In this document: positions 1-8,518 of the stretch, in pieces
Layout of the letters: each line of letters starts with the position of its first letter
How positions within the stretch are numbered: position 1 is the first letter of the stretch
From: Candidatus Hadarchaeales archaeon
Lineage (GTDB): Archaea; Hadarchaeota; Hadarchaeia; Hadarchaeales; Hadarchaeaceae
Reading direction: 5' to 3'
Length of the DNA stretch: 32,000 bases
Assembly: GCA_038823825.1 (NCBI GenBank)
Contig: JAWBCC010000001.1
Location: forward strand, 420,001-452,000
The notes under the pieces: generated by a model
What the model saw: only the letters and a program-made list of their open reading frames with translations
Database searches by the model: none
Told to the model about the DNA's origin: nothing
Made by a program: the position numbers and the translations under genes

Positions 1-887
1 TTGGAGCCGATGCTAGATGCGAGGGAGAAAAAGGAAGACCTCCCGTCATCGTCGGTGGCGGTCTACGTGCGGGCAGCGTCGGTCTGCCGGGGAACGTCAG
101 TTCTCAATTTATCTCGGCGCTTCTTATCGCGGCCACACAGCTTCAGGGAGAAACAGAGATCGAAATAGAAGGAGAACTCGTTTCTAGGCCTTATGTAGAG
201 ATAACACTGGAGCTCTTGAAGCTTGCCGGATCTGACGTAAAACATTCGCCTGATTTCCGAAAGTTTAGGATAAGGGGCGGACCGCTTAAACCGCTGAACA
301 TAAAAATACCCGGAGATTTCTCCTCATCCTCATTTCCGCTTGTGGCAGGGGCAATAACGCGATCTAAAGTGAGAATTGAAAATTTGGACTTCGAAGGACC
401 GCAAGGCGACAAGAGAATCGTCGACTTTTTGCGAGACTTCGGAGCAGAATTGCGTGTAGGAAGAAACTACGTCGAGATTTTTGGAGAATCTCTGGAAGGA
501 ACCGAACTCGACTGCAAAGATAATCCGGATCTAGTGCCACCGCTAGCTGTCGCCGGAAGCGTAGCTGAGGGGAAAACCGAGATAGTGAATGTTCCACATC
601 TTAGGGCGAAGGAGAGCGACAGGTTGCACGTTTTGGCCATCGGGCTGGAGAAATTTGGGGTAAAAATTAAGGAATTGCCGGACGGTCTGAGGATCTGGGG
701 AGTTGAAAAACTCAGGGGCACACACGTGAGTTCCTTCATGGATCACAGAATGGCGATGGCATTTGCGGTGGCCGGGCTGGTGGCTGAAGGAGAAACAGTG
801 GTCGAGGGTGCAGAAAGCATACCAGTGTCTTATCCAAACTTCGTTGAAGATATGAAGAAACTTGGGGCAAAAATGGAGCTCGTGTAG
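1..887 (+). CDS. aroA: 3-phosphoshikimate 1-carboxyvinyltransferase (EPSP synthase), C-terminal ~295 codons; the 5' end lies upstream of the window
   Basis: Frame 3 is open from nt 3 to the TAG at 885-887. The listed ORF 216..887 is only the TTG-initiated tail of it. The translation has EPSP synthase signatures: GNVSSQFISALLIAA, SRPYVEITLELL, LRAKESDRL, DHRMAMAFAVAGL. Confidence 0.9.
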   Translation, partial: GADARCEGEKGRPPVIVGGGLRAGSVGLPGNVSSQFISALLIAATQLQGETEIEIEGELVSRPYVEITLELLKLAGSDVKHSPDFRKFRIRGGPLKPLNIKIPGDFSSSSFPLVAGAITRSKVRIENLDFEGPQGDKRIVDFLRDFGAELRVGRNYVEIFGESLEGTELDCKDNPDLVPPLAVAGSVAEGKTEIVNVPHLRAKESDRLHVLAIGLEKFGVKIKELPDGLRIWGVEKLRGTHVSSFMDHRMAMAFAVAGLVAEGETVVEGAESIPVSYPNFVEDMKKLGAKMELV

Positions 888-958
888 ATTCTTGGCGCAT
901 TCCGAACCAATATGTCAAACTTTTAAAGGGAATTTCTACAAAAAGAAGGAGGTGAGAA

Positions 959-3900
959 ATGGAAAATCGTTTGACTTATATTTTTATCATCTTCACTATC
1001 TTTTTTGTACAGCAGGTAGTCTGCGAAGAAAAATCAAGCGGAACGATTGAGGCAAGCTTTAGTTTTATGGAAAATCTCCCGATAAATCTCTCAAAACTTG
1101 TATCTTTTCGTCTCCCATCGAATGGAATAGAGATTCTTGTGAAAGATGTTGAAACCGATGAGCCGATCGAAAACGCTGGCATTGTGGGGACCATCGCCTC
1201 GCATAATAAGACCTTTTTAGAATTGCACACGAGGCAAAATGGAAAAGCATTTATCAAAATTTCTGGAAGAGAAAATCACGCCCTAGATATCGTTGTAAGT
1301 GCCCTCGGTTATGCTCAAACTTCTTGGAAAGGGCAGGTCTCGCCTGAAAACAGAAGACTCGTTGTTTACATGTTCTACGATCCGTTCAAAGCATGGATGA
1401 GGAACAATTCATTGAGCTTTTCAAGAAATTACAACTCTCAGGAAAACAGGCTCGGCTGGTATTTTGATTATCGCTGGGAGTATGTAAAAGACGTAGAGGC
1501 GTGGCAGGCACCTTCATATGAAAACAAATCTGGATGGAAACTCGAAAGCTATTGGGCAGCTGATGTCTATCACTGGGAAATCGTTGGATATCAGGATGCC
1601 CAGCAATATACTTGGGTGAAAACTGCGAGTGGCGTCGAGTATGATGCATCTTTCGGCGAATATTACGGGTACAACGTGGGAAACGAGTTTTACCCCCCTG
1701 AGTCTGATGGATCGTACAAGTATAAAATAACGAGTAAAAGAATCGATACGATCGGTTATGATACTAGACAAATCTCTCCAATCCTTCCAAGTAGATATGA
1801 GTACTTTTATCCTCCTTGGACCGGTGGAAATGATAAAAATCTGAGCAAGGTTCCGGTAAAAATAACGGTTAGAGCGGATATCAACAAAGAGGGAGACCCA
1901 GAAGACTGTTTCTCTCTTAAGCTCAATTTGTATATGAAAGCAGTAGAGAACGGGAACGAACCGACGACATTTGAAGGGCAACAAACCTTTACAATTTCCG
2001 TCGACGACATCATTACAAACGGATTCTCTAACAGATGGAGAATAAGCAATGTGACAATAGGAAGTTCATCTGTTCTCGGGCAATCGAGTTCCGCCACCGT
2101 AAATGATTATGGAAACTGGTGGCACTATTCTTATCCATCCGGCCCGGTTTATTATTTTGAGATCTTTGGAGAAAACTATCAAACATCAAATGATGCGCCA
2201 AGAGTACGAGCATATTACAAAAACATGACAGTTGAGCTAAAGAAGATAAAATATGTCTTCGTTGTCGATCGATACGACTGGATGCTCACAAACACACGAG
2301 TTCCAGTTTATGGTTGGGTTTATAAGGGTGAGCTGGAATTTTCAAATCCCCCGGAAAACACAAGCGAATATCGTTATTACAATGTCCGGATAAAGTATCA
2401 TGTTTATCGCAAATACGTAGATGCATACGAAAACATCTTCGAGACATATTACTATCTTCCATATCCGATAAAGCACGAGAACCTTTACGTTGCCCGGTTG
2501 AACGGATACACTGATAACCTCCTGCTCGGAACAAGTTTGCTCTCTGGAGAGAATGTTACCCTCTGGGTTGACAATGTGTACACAGTTCCGATAACAATAG
2601 ATCTCTATGATGCAGATGTTTGGGCATATACTATAGTTGGAAAAAGGATTGCCGTTAACGAGTGGATTCCAAACGGAGAAAGTGTTTTCATAAACGGAGA
2701 GGATGCATATGGGAATGGAGTTGGAGCTGGAGACCTCTTTGTCGATGAAGATGGTCTCCGTTTGTTTGGTGTAAGAGAAGTAAGTATTCTCCGCTCTGGT
2801 TATATCGGTATAGACAGCATATATTGGTGTGTCAATCCTCCAATAAATGCCGTCAAGGTAAAATATGATTTGGAAAACTCTAAACTTGTTGCCACGATTT
2901 CCATAGACCCACAAGGGCTTCCACAAAAGGTAACTGTTCTAGACAATGTTGCAAACATTCCGTTTTCCGATATCCGTTTTCTTATAGGCAGAGAATTCAG
3001 ATTTTCGATAAATCTGCATGAAAATATTTATGCAAATGGCATGTCGCGTGACAACATATGTGTTCTCCACTGGGAGTATGATCCTAGTTACTTGACAATC
3101 TGGGGTCCAGAAACCTTAGTACGACTCCGATATTATGAGATTATCGAGAGAAGAGACTACCCAAGAGAACCATACATGCATCCAGATGATTATGGAAGAT
3201 ATGCCGTTTATTATCCAGACCCTGAAAATCCGCCATCTATTCTATTTTTGGCAGACACATACGCCTGGGCATATAAACCGACACCAGTTTACAAATATGA
3301 CTGGGTTTATGCCGGGAGGTGGACTGGGCTTTCTTTCAGACCAGAAAACTCAAAGAGATTCAGGTTCGAGAACATAACGTCTCACAGAAAAACAGAAAAT
3401 GCGTATGTCTTTAGGCTTGCGTTCTATCCGAATGGAAGAAGCACTCTGAGGTTTTCAGTCATGGATAGCTGGTTTAGAAGATCCGAGAACATGCCGTTCG
3501 AAATAAGAACAAACGATCCGAGTCTTCCAGACAATCGGAATTATCTGCTTTATTATGCGTCACGTCCGCTCGGTTCCAACATCCAAGAAAACGGTTCTCC
3601 GCTCCAATCAGACAATATTCTGCTGAAACAAAAAAGATATCCTGTAAGTATAACTTATGATGCCATCAAACATCAAAACTACATACGATACTTGATATTT
3701 TGTTTTCCAAGTTATGAGCCTACTGGAGATCCTTGGTACGAGCTTATCTACATCAGTAACGGTTATGAAATACAAACAGAAGTTGGAATTCCTAAAGGAT
3801 ACATTTTCAAAGCGTGTGCAAACATCGACCCAAGTTACCGTCTTGCTATAAATTGGAATAAAATCGGAGAAAACAATACGCACGACACATATATTTTGAG

Positions 3901-4102
3901 ACTTATCCAGCCAGCTGGCATTAAACCATCCAAAACAAAGTCTTTTGAATACAAAATCGATATAGAAGCCACAAACGGTAGCCAAACAATAGTAGCTTGC
4001 TTCTATGTGGATGTCGGTTCGAATATCCGAGTTGTTGCCGAAGTGAAAGATGTTACAAAGACTATTCCGCTTCCAATAACTGTCATATTACCAGTTCTAT
4101 AG
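959..4102 (+). CDS. Large secreted/surface protein of unknown function (1047 aa), Trp/Tyr/Asn-rich with many N-x-S/T sequons
   Basis: Uninterrupted 3.1-kb ORF. ATG at 959 follows a near-perfect SD, AAGGAGGTGA (946-955). The N-terminal hydrophobic segment MENRLTYIFIIFTIFFVQQVVC looks like a signal peptide. At least 13 N-x-S/T sequons. No catalytic motif recognised. Confidence 0.8.
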   Translation: MENRLTYIFIIFTIFFVQQVVCEEKSSGTIEASFSFMENLPINLSKLVSFRLPSNGIEILVKDVETDEPIENAGIVGTIASHNKTFLELHTRQNGKAFIKISGRENHALDIVVSALGYAQTSWKGQVSPENRRLVVYMFYDPFKAWMRNNSLSFSRNYNSQENRLGWYFDYRWEYVKDVEAWQAPSYENKSGWKLESYWAADVYHWEIVGYQDAQQYTWVKTASGVEYDASFGEYYGYNVGNEFYPPESDGSYKYKITSKRIDTIGYDTRQISPILPSRYEYFYPPWTGGNDKNLSKVPVKITVRADINKEGDPEDCFSLKLNLYMKAVENGNEPTTFEGQQTFTISVDDIITNGFSNRWRISNVTIGSSSVLGQSSSATVNDYGNWWHYSYPSGPVYYFEIFGENYQTSNDAPRVRAYYKNMTVELKKIKYVFVVDRYDWMLTNTRVPVYGWVYKGELEFSNPPENTSEYRYYNVRIKYHVYRKYVDAYENIFETYYYLPYPIKHENLYVARLNGYTDNLLLGTSLLSGENVTLWVDNVYTVPITIDLYDADVWAYTIVGKRIAVNEWIPNGESVFINGEDAYGNGVGAGDLFVDEDGLRLFGVREVSILRSGYIGIDSIYWCVNPPINAVKVKYDLENSKLVATISIDPQGLPQKVTVLDNVANIPFSDIRFLIGREFRFSINLHENIYANGMSRDNICVLHWEYDPSYLTIWGPETLVRLRYYEIIERRDYPREPYMHPDDYGRYAVYYPDPENPPSILFLADTYAWAYKPTPVYKYDWVYAGRWTGLSFRPENSKRFRFENITSHRKTENAYVFRLAFYPNGRSTLRFSVMDSWFRRSENMPFEIRTNDPSLPDNRNYLLYYASRPLGSNIQENGSPLQSDNILLKQKRYPVSITYDAIKHQNYIRYLIFCFPSYEPTGDPWYELIYISNGYEIQTEVGIPKGYIFKACANIDPSYRLAINWNKIGENNTHDTYILRLIQPAGIKPSKTKSFEYKIDIEATNGSQTIVACFYVDVGSNIRVVAEVKDVTKTIPLPITVILPVL

Positions 4103-4882
4103 AATTTCGTATCCACTAACCCGATAACCCTTGGATTTTATCCATCTTCCGGGAATAATTGTTGCTGTTAAAAGTGTATTCATGTAAACTCCTTCATTAC
4201 CGAAATCTCCAAGATTCAGATGAAACACTTGCCCCATCGGTTTCTTTGGTTCGTAATCGAAATAGAAATACGCCTTGTCACTCCAGTAGCGTTGCCCTAA
4301 TAAATTTATATTTTCTCCGAGTTCTATTCCTGTAAACTCTCTGTTTTCAGCTATTCTTCTCGGAATCCTTATCCAAACATTGATGTTATACTGTATATTT
4401 TCCCAGTACTCCTTCTGCGTGATTTTTGCAACGGTTCTTCTTCCGGTTGGTGTATCCATCTCAACAAGACTGAACTCTGGCATATGTGGAAGCAACCATT
4501 CAGGTAGAGAACCTATCACAACAGGATCACACCTTGCTTCGCCGTAAACTATTTCATTATCATCTAAATCCCACCACCAAGTGTACTCGTTTGATGGGGT
4601 ATAATAACTAAACGTGTAACTCCTTATTCTTAAGAACTCTGCATTATCCGGCCACCAGAGATATGCTACGAAATTCTCATATCTATATCCGGGACCGGGA
4701 TAACCCCAGTCCGCAATCCAAACTATCTCCATAAATTCGGAATTCTCATTTTCCTGATTTAAATAGACATTAGAAACTGTACGGGATTCTCGAAAACCGT
4801 AAAACAAGAAAACTACCGACGGAAATATAAACAGAAAAGCTATTCCCAAACCAAAAAGCACATCAATAACTTTAGACTTCAT
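4097..4882 (-). CDS. Membrane-anchored Trp/Tyr-rich hypothetical protein (261 aa)
   Basis: ATG at 4882. N-terminal TM/signal-anchor VIDVLFGLGIAFLFIFPSVVFLFYGF, followed by an aromatic-rich soluble part (e.g. YTWWWDLDD). Convergent with the 1047-aa gene and overlapping it by 6 nt. No family recognised. Confidence 0.7.
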   Translation of the reverse strand: MKSKVIDVLFGLGIAFLFIFPSVVFLFYGFRESRTVSNVYLNQENENSEFMEIVWIADWGYPGPGYRYENFVAYLWWPDNAEFLRIRSYTFSYYTPSNEYTWWWDLDDNEIVYGEARCDPVVIGSLPEWLLPHMPEFSLVEMDTPTGRRTVAKITQKEYWENIQYNINVWIRIPRRIAENREFTGIELGENINLLGQRYWSDKAYFYFDYEPKKPMGQVFHLNLGDFGNEGVYMNTLLTATIIPGRWIKSKGYRVSGYEIL

Positions 4883-4910
4883 GTTTATCCTTCATCCTCG
4901 CCAGAGAAAA

Positions 4911-4920
4911 TATTTAAATA
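4911..4920. promoter_or_regulatory. Perfectly palindromic TATA-like element TATTTAAATA in the divergent intergenic region between the 261-aa gene (-) and albA (+)
   Basis: TATTTAAATA is its own reverse complement. It lies ~30 nt from ATG 4882 (-) and ~45 nt from ATG 4964 (+). albA also has a GGAGG SD at 4951-4955. A purine-rich BRE-like AGAGAAAA lies immediately 5' on the + strand. Confidence 0.4.
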
Positions 4921-4963
4921 TCTGCGCTATTATCGGAAATAGAAAACAAAGGAGGCGAATGAA

Positions 4964-5245
4964 ATGGCTGAGAAGTCTGCAGAAAATGTGGTTTACATCG
5001 GAACGAAACCAGTGATGAACTACGTACTAGCGGCCATCACCCAGTTCAACGAGGGCGCGAATTCCGTTGTCCTCAAGGCACGAGGCAAGGCCATTAGCAG
5101 AGCCGTCGACGTTGCAGAGATCCTCAGGAATCGCTTCATGCAAAATCTGACAGTGCAAAACATCGCAATCGGAACTGAGCAGGTTCAGGGAGAGAGTGGC
5201 ACGGCCAACGTCTCAACAATTGAAATTACTTTGAGCAAGGCATAA
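4964..5245 (+). CDS. albA: DNA/RNA-binding chromatin protein Alba
   Basis: The 93-aa protein matches the Alba family along its full length: [19 protein letters not shown]...[24 protein letters not shown]...IAIGTE. Confidence 0.95.
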   Translation: MAEKSAENVVYIGTKPVMNYVLAAITQFNEGANSVVLKARGKAISRAVDVAEILRNRFMQNLTVQNIAIGTEQVQGESGTANVSTIEITLSKA

Positions 5246-5259
5246 GGCCCGTGCCCTCC

Positions 5260-5273
5260 TTTTTTATTTTTTT
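5260..5273 (+). terminator. Oligo-T archaeal terminator after albA (TTTTTTATTTTTTT)
   Basis: The T-run starts 15 nt after the albA TAA. Its 3' part (TTTTTAAA, ~5268-5276) could also act as a TATA box ~22-25 nt upstream of the aspS ATG. Confidence 0.5.
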
Positions 5274-5295
5274 AAACCATTGTTTTTAGAGAACC

Positions 5296-6609
5296 ATGGA
5301 CGAATTAGGGGACCTCCGCAGAACTCACTTGGCTGGGGAGATAACTGAGAAGAATGAAGGTCAAGAAGTCATCCTCATGGGTTTTGTCGAGAACATAAGA
5401 GACCTCGGCGGAATAAAGTTCTTCATACTGCGTGACATCAGCGGAACTATCCAAATCACCATTCCCAAACAAAAAGCATCACAGGAAATTTTACAAAAGA
5501 TTTCCATCTTAACCCCAGAATCCTGCGTAGCCGTAAGAGGGGCTGTGGTCAGAGTCCCTCAGGCCCCCAGAGGAATTGAAGTAATCCCCTCCGAAATCAG
5601 AATTCTAAATCTAGCTCAAACACCTCTTCCACTCGATATAACTGGGAGAGTTAAAGCCAACCTCGACACGAGATTAGATGCCCGCGCATTAGACCTTAGG
5701 CGCCGAGAAGTTCTTGCGATCTTCAAAATCAGACATACGGCTGTTCAGGCCATCAGAGAGTGTCTCACATCTCTCGGATTCGTTGAGGTTCATACACCGA
5801 AGATAGTCGCTACTGCCACGGAAAGTGGAGCAGCTCTTTTTCCTCTAACTTATTTCGACCGAGAAGCCTTTCTGAGCCAAAGCCCGCAGCTATATAAGGA
5901 GGTGTTGACGGGGGCTTTTGAGAGAGTCTTCGAAATCGGACCAATCTTCAGGGCTGAAGAGCATGACACACCGAGGCACCTGAACGAGGCAACATCGGTG
6001 GATATAGAGATGGCCTATGCCAGAGCCGAAGATGTGATGAAAATCCTAGAGGAAGTTATCATTTCTGTTTTCTCGAGAGTAAACGAAAAATGCAGGCAGG
6101 AGCTTGATATTTTGAACAAAACTCTGGAAGTTCCGGAAAAACCCTTCCCGCGCCTAACTTATTCGGAAGTTTTGCAAAAACTCGACGAAGCCGGTCTACA
6201 CATTCCTTGGGGAGAAGACATACCAACTCCAGCTGAGAAGAAGCTCGGCGAGATGTTTCCTGGACCATACTTCATAATCGACTGGCCGTTAAAGATAAAG
6301 CCATTCTACACCATGCCTAAATCTGAAAACCGCGAGCTCGCAGAAGCTTTTGATCTCATGTATGGTAGTCTAGAGTTGGCTTCCGGTGGAACCAGAATAC
6401 ACCAATACGATTTGTTGGTCGAGCGTCTGAAAGCTCACGGTCTAAACCCGGAAAATTTCTCATATCATCTTCTACCATTTAAATATGGGATGCCACCACA
6501 CGCGGGGTGGGGTCTGGGTTTAGAAAGACTGACGATGGTTCTCACCGGAGCGGAAAACATCAGAGAATGTGCACTGTTCCCAAGAGACAAGAAAAGGCTC
6601 ACTCCTTAG
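5296..6609 (+). CDS. aspS: Aspartate--tRNA ligase, archaeal/eukaryal type (class IIb)
   Basis: N-terminal OB anticodon-binding domain plus the class II motifs: [14 protein letters not shown] (motif 2), [15 protein letters not shown] (motif 3). Confidence 0.95.
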   Translation: MDELGDLRRTHLAGEITEKNEGQEVILMGFVENIRDLGGIKFFILRDISGTIQITIPKQKASQEILQKISILTPESCVAVRGAVVRVPQAPRGIEVIPSEIRILNLAQTPLPLDITGRVKANLDTRLDARALDLRRREVLAIFKIRHTAVQAIRECLTSLGFVEVHTPKIVATATESGAALFPLTYFDREAFLSQSPQLYKEVLTGAFERVFEIGPIFRAEEHDTPRHLNEATSVDIEMAYARAEDVMKILEEVIISVFSRVNEKCRQELDILNKTLEVPEKPFPRLTYSEVLQKLDEAGLHIPWGEDIPTPAEKKLGEMFPGPYFIIDWPLKIKPFYTMPKSENRELAEAFDLMYGSLELASGGTRIHQYDLLVERLKAHGLNPENFSYHLLPFKYGMPPHAGWGLGLERLTMVLTGAENIRECALFPRDKKRLTP

Positions 6610-7322
6610 AAAAATCTTTCCAAACCAAATTTCCTTGGAAGTTCTACAATTGCTATTTCTTTCCTTGCCGGAAGAGAAGCGTTCATTATAAAAGTTCTGC
6701 CGATCTCCGCTTCTAGCCTCGCCGATCTATGGGCGTGTCCGTGGAACCAGACATCCGGCTGTCTCCTTTTTATCACATCTTCCATCCTTTTACAACCCAT
6801 CTCAGGCCATGCGTATTTCTCCTCACCCTCAAGAGTAAGATAGGTCGGAGCATAATGGGATATGACAATTTTGAGATCGGCTTTCAGATTTTCCAAAAGA
6901 TTATCTAAGATTTCAACACGTTTTCGATATACTTCGAAGAGCTCCGGCCTATTTTTTCGCTGCCAAGAAGTCGGTCTGTCAAGCGAACCTCTGGAACCAA
7001 CAATCCCCACAATTTTTCCGTGAATTTCTAACTTTGCGGCCTGATCGTCCAACCACGTAATCTCTTCAAAACTCCTCAGGGCTTCCTCTTTTTCCTCATA
7101 TTCTTCGTTTCCAAAACACGCAAAAATTTTTCCGGAATATACTTTTTTGATTTCTTCGATTACTCGCGGCATCTGTGTGAAATCTCCTTTAAGAACAACA
7201 TCGCCCACCAAGAGAAGAACATCGAGATCACCTATTTTTGCCAAACTTTTTGTGAAATCATCGAGATACTTAGGAGCGTGGACATCGGCAACGGCCCCGA
7301 TTCTTATGATCGGTTTTTCCAT
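6606..7322 (-). CDS. Calcineurin-like metallophosphoesterase
   Basis: Metallophosphoesterase motifs DVHAP, GDVV, GNEEY, GHAH. I take the ATG at 7322 (MEKPIIRIGAVADVH), preceded by GGAG. The track start at 7331 is a GTG overlapping the upstream stop. Its stop overlaps the aspS stop (TTAG, convergent). Confidence 0.8.
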   Translation of the reverse strand: MEKPIIRIGAVADVHAPKYLDDFTKSLAKIGDLDVLLLVGDVVLKGDFTQMPRVIEEIKKVYSGKIFACFGNEEYEEKEEALRSFEEITWLDDQAAKLEIHGKIVGIVGSRGSLDRPTSWQRKNRPELFEVYRKRVEILDNLLENLKADLKIVISHYAPTYLTLEGEEKYAWPEMGCKRMEDVIKRRQPDVWFHGHAHRSARLEAEIGRTFIMNASLPARKEIAIVELPRKFGLERFF

Positions 7323-7330
7323 AGACTCCA

Positions 7331-8518
7331 CTAAAACAGACCGCGAAGCTTGAGCAACAGTTTTGGATCCGCCCGCATCACCGCTCTTATTAGATCTGTG
7401 AGACTTATTCTGTCAAACTCTATCTTGCTGACCGCCGCTGCAAGTTTGTCGAGCTCTTCATCTGAAAGGGAGAGGAAAATCTCCTTTGCCTTAAGATATT
7501 TTTGCAGACGTTCACCAAATGAAGCTTTCCACCTTTTATCGTATTCCATCAATCTCTTTTCGGAGATCTCTCCCTCTTTTACAGCTTTAGCCGCTACTTC
7601 GCCGGCGATCGATCCAGCTCTCATTGCCGAGTCTATTCCACCTCCCGTCAGAGGATTCACCTGTCTAGCCGCATCTCCGACAACCATAACGTTCGATTTC
7701 ACGGTTTGTTTGAGAGGCCCACACACCGGGACTCCACCAGCATTTATCTCGATAATCTTCCCTCTCACCAAGTTTGGCATTCTTCTCACAAAATCTTGAA
7801 GATATTCGAGAGGTGTCTTCTCCGCTCTGCTCGCGAGAATGCCTATCCCAACGTTTGCGTAATCTTCACCCTTTGGGAAGACCCAAGCGTAGCCTCCAGG
7901 AGCGATCTTGCTCCCGAGGTAGAATTCGAGAACCCTTGTGGATTCCAGCTTTACACCCTTCATCTGAAATTGGGCACAGGTGTCGATGTCTGCGGCTGTT
8001 ATCACACTTTTTATCCCGGCCCATCTTGCAACTCTAGAACCCACACCATCCGCAGCTATCAGAACCTTGCACCTTACTTCTATGCTTCCGCCAAGACCTG
8101 AACCCCTGACTCCAACGATTTTCCCATCCTCGATGATTGGCTGATTAACATACGTTCCGACGATCAGCTCAGCTCCGGCTTCCACAGCACGTAGCGCAAG
8201 GAACTTGTCGAAAATCTTGCGGTTGAGTATGTAACCGACTTTGCCACCAGCCTTCTCGGAAATCTTGACCTCGATTCCTCCTGGAGAGACTATCTTCACG
8301 GCATTCGTCTTGTTCACAGCCCAACTTTCATCCGGTTTGATTTTCAGTTCATTTAACACGTCCTCCGCCAGAGCCTCGCCACACTGAACCGGGACTCCTA
8401 TTTCTCTTCGTCTATCGATCATGAGAACGCTTGCACCAGCTTTGGCCGCAGCATATGCTGCGGTCGAGCCAGCCGGCCCTGCCCCGACTATGGCGATATC
8501 ACACTCTCTTTTTTCCAA
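7331..8518 (-). CDS. Geranylgeranyl reductase family FAD-dependent oxidoreductase (digeranylgeranylglycerophospholipid reductase-like)
   Basis: Dinucleotide-binding DIAIVGAGPAGSTAAYAAAKAG, VQCGEAL and VVGDAARQVNPLTGGGIDSAMRAG. The start is uncertain. TTG 8518 gives MEKRECDIAIVGAG, matching typical family N-termini, with a 20-nt overlap with the ferredoxin gene. The alternatives are ATG 8566 and ATG 8596. Confidence 0.85.
   Translation of the reverse strand: MEKRECDIAIVGAGPAGSTAAYAAAKAGASVLMIDRRREIGVPVQCGEALAEDVLNELKIKPDESWAVNKTNAVKIVSPGGIEVKISEKAGGKVGYILNRKIFDKFLALRAVEAGAELIVGTYVNQPIIEDGKIVGVRGSGLGGSIEVRCKVLIAADGVGSRVARWAGIKSVITAADIDTCAQFQMKGVKLESTRVLEFYLGSKIAPGGYAWVFPKGEDYANVGIGILASRAEKTPLEYLQDFVRRMPNLVRGKIIEINAGGVPVCGPLKQTVKSNVMVVGDAARQVNPLTGGGIDSAMRAGSIAGEVAAKAVKEGEISEKRLMEYDKRWKASFGERLQKYLKAKEIFLSLSDEELDKLAAAVSKIEFDRISLTDLIRAVMRADPKLLLKLRGLF

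Noticed and set aside
1010-1024. Possible lipobox (VQQVVC) at the end of the signal sequence of the 1047-aa protein
   Set aside because: The residues before the Cys do not match the L-[AS]-[GA]-C consensus. I cannot tell a lipoprotein from an ordinary signal peptide by eye.
1514-2926. 156-aa and 194-aa ORFs (1514-1984 and 2342-2926) on the - strand inside the 1047-aa gene
   Set aside because: The + strand ORF is uninterrupted for 3.1 kb and has an SD plus a signal peptide. The antisense ORFs have no start context and a composition that simply mirrors the sense strand. They are most simply explained as chance shadow ORFs on the antisense strand of that gene.
4016-4028. tRNA T-arm-like string GGTTCGAATATCC
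   Set aside because: No acceptor, D or anticodon stems can be built around it, and it lies inside the large CDS. I saw no convincing tRNA anywhere in the window.
944-4966. Similar sequences at both borders of the island (AAGAAGGAGGTGAGAAATG at 944-961 and ACAAAGGAGGCGAATGAAATG at 4946-4966) as possible att-like direct repeats
   Set aside because: The similarity is confined to A-rich leaders plus the SD and ATG, as expected for any two well-translated genes. There is no extended repeat, integrase or tRNA target.
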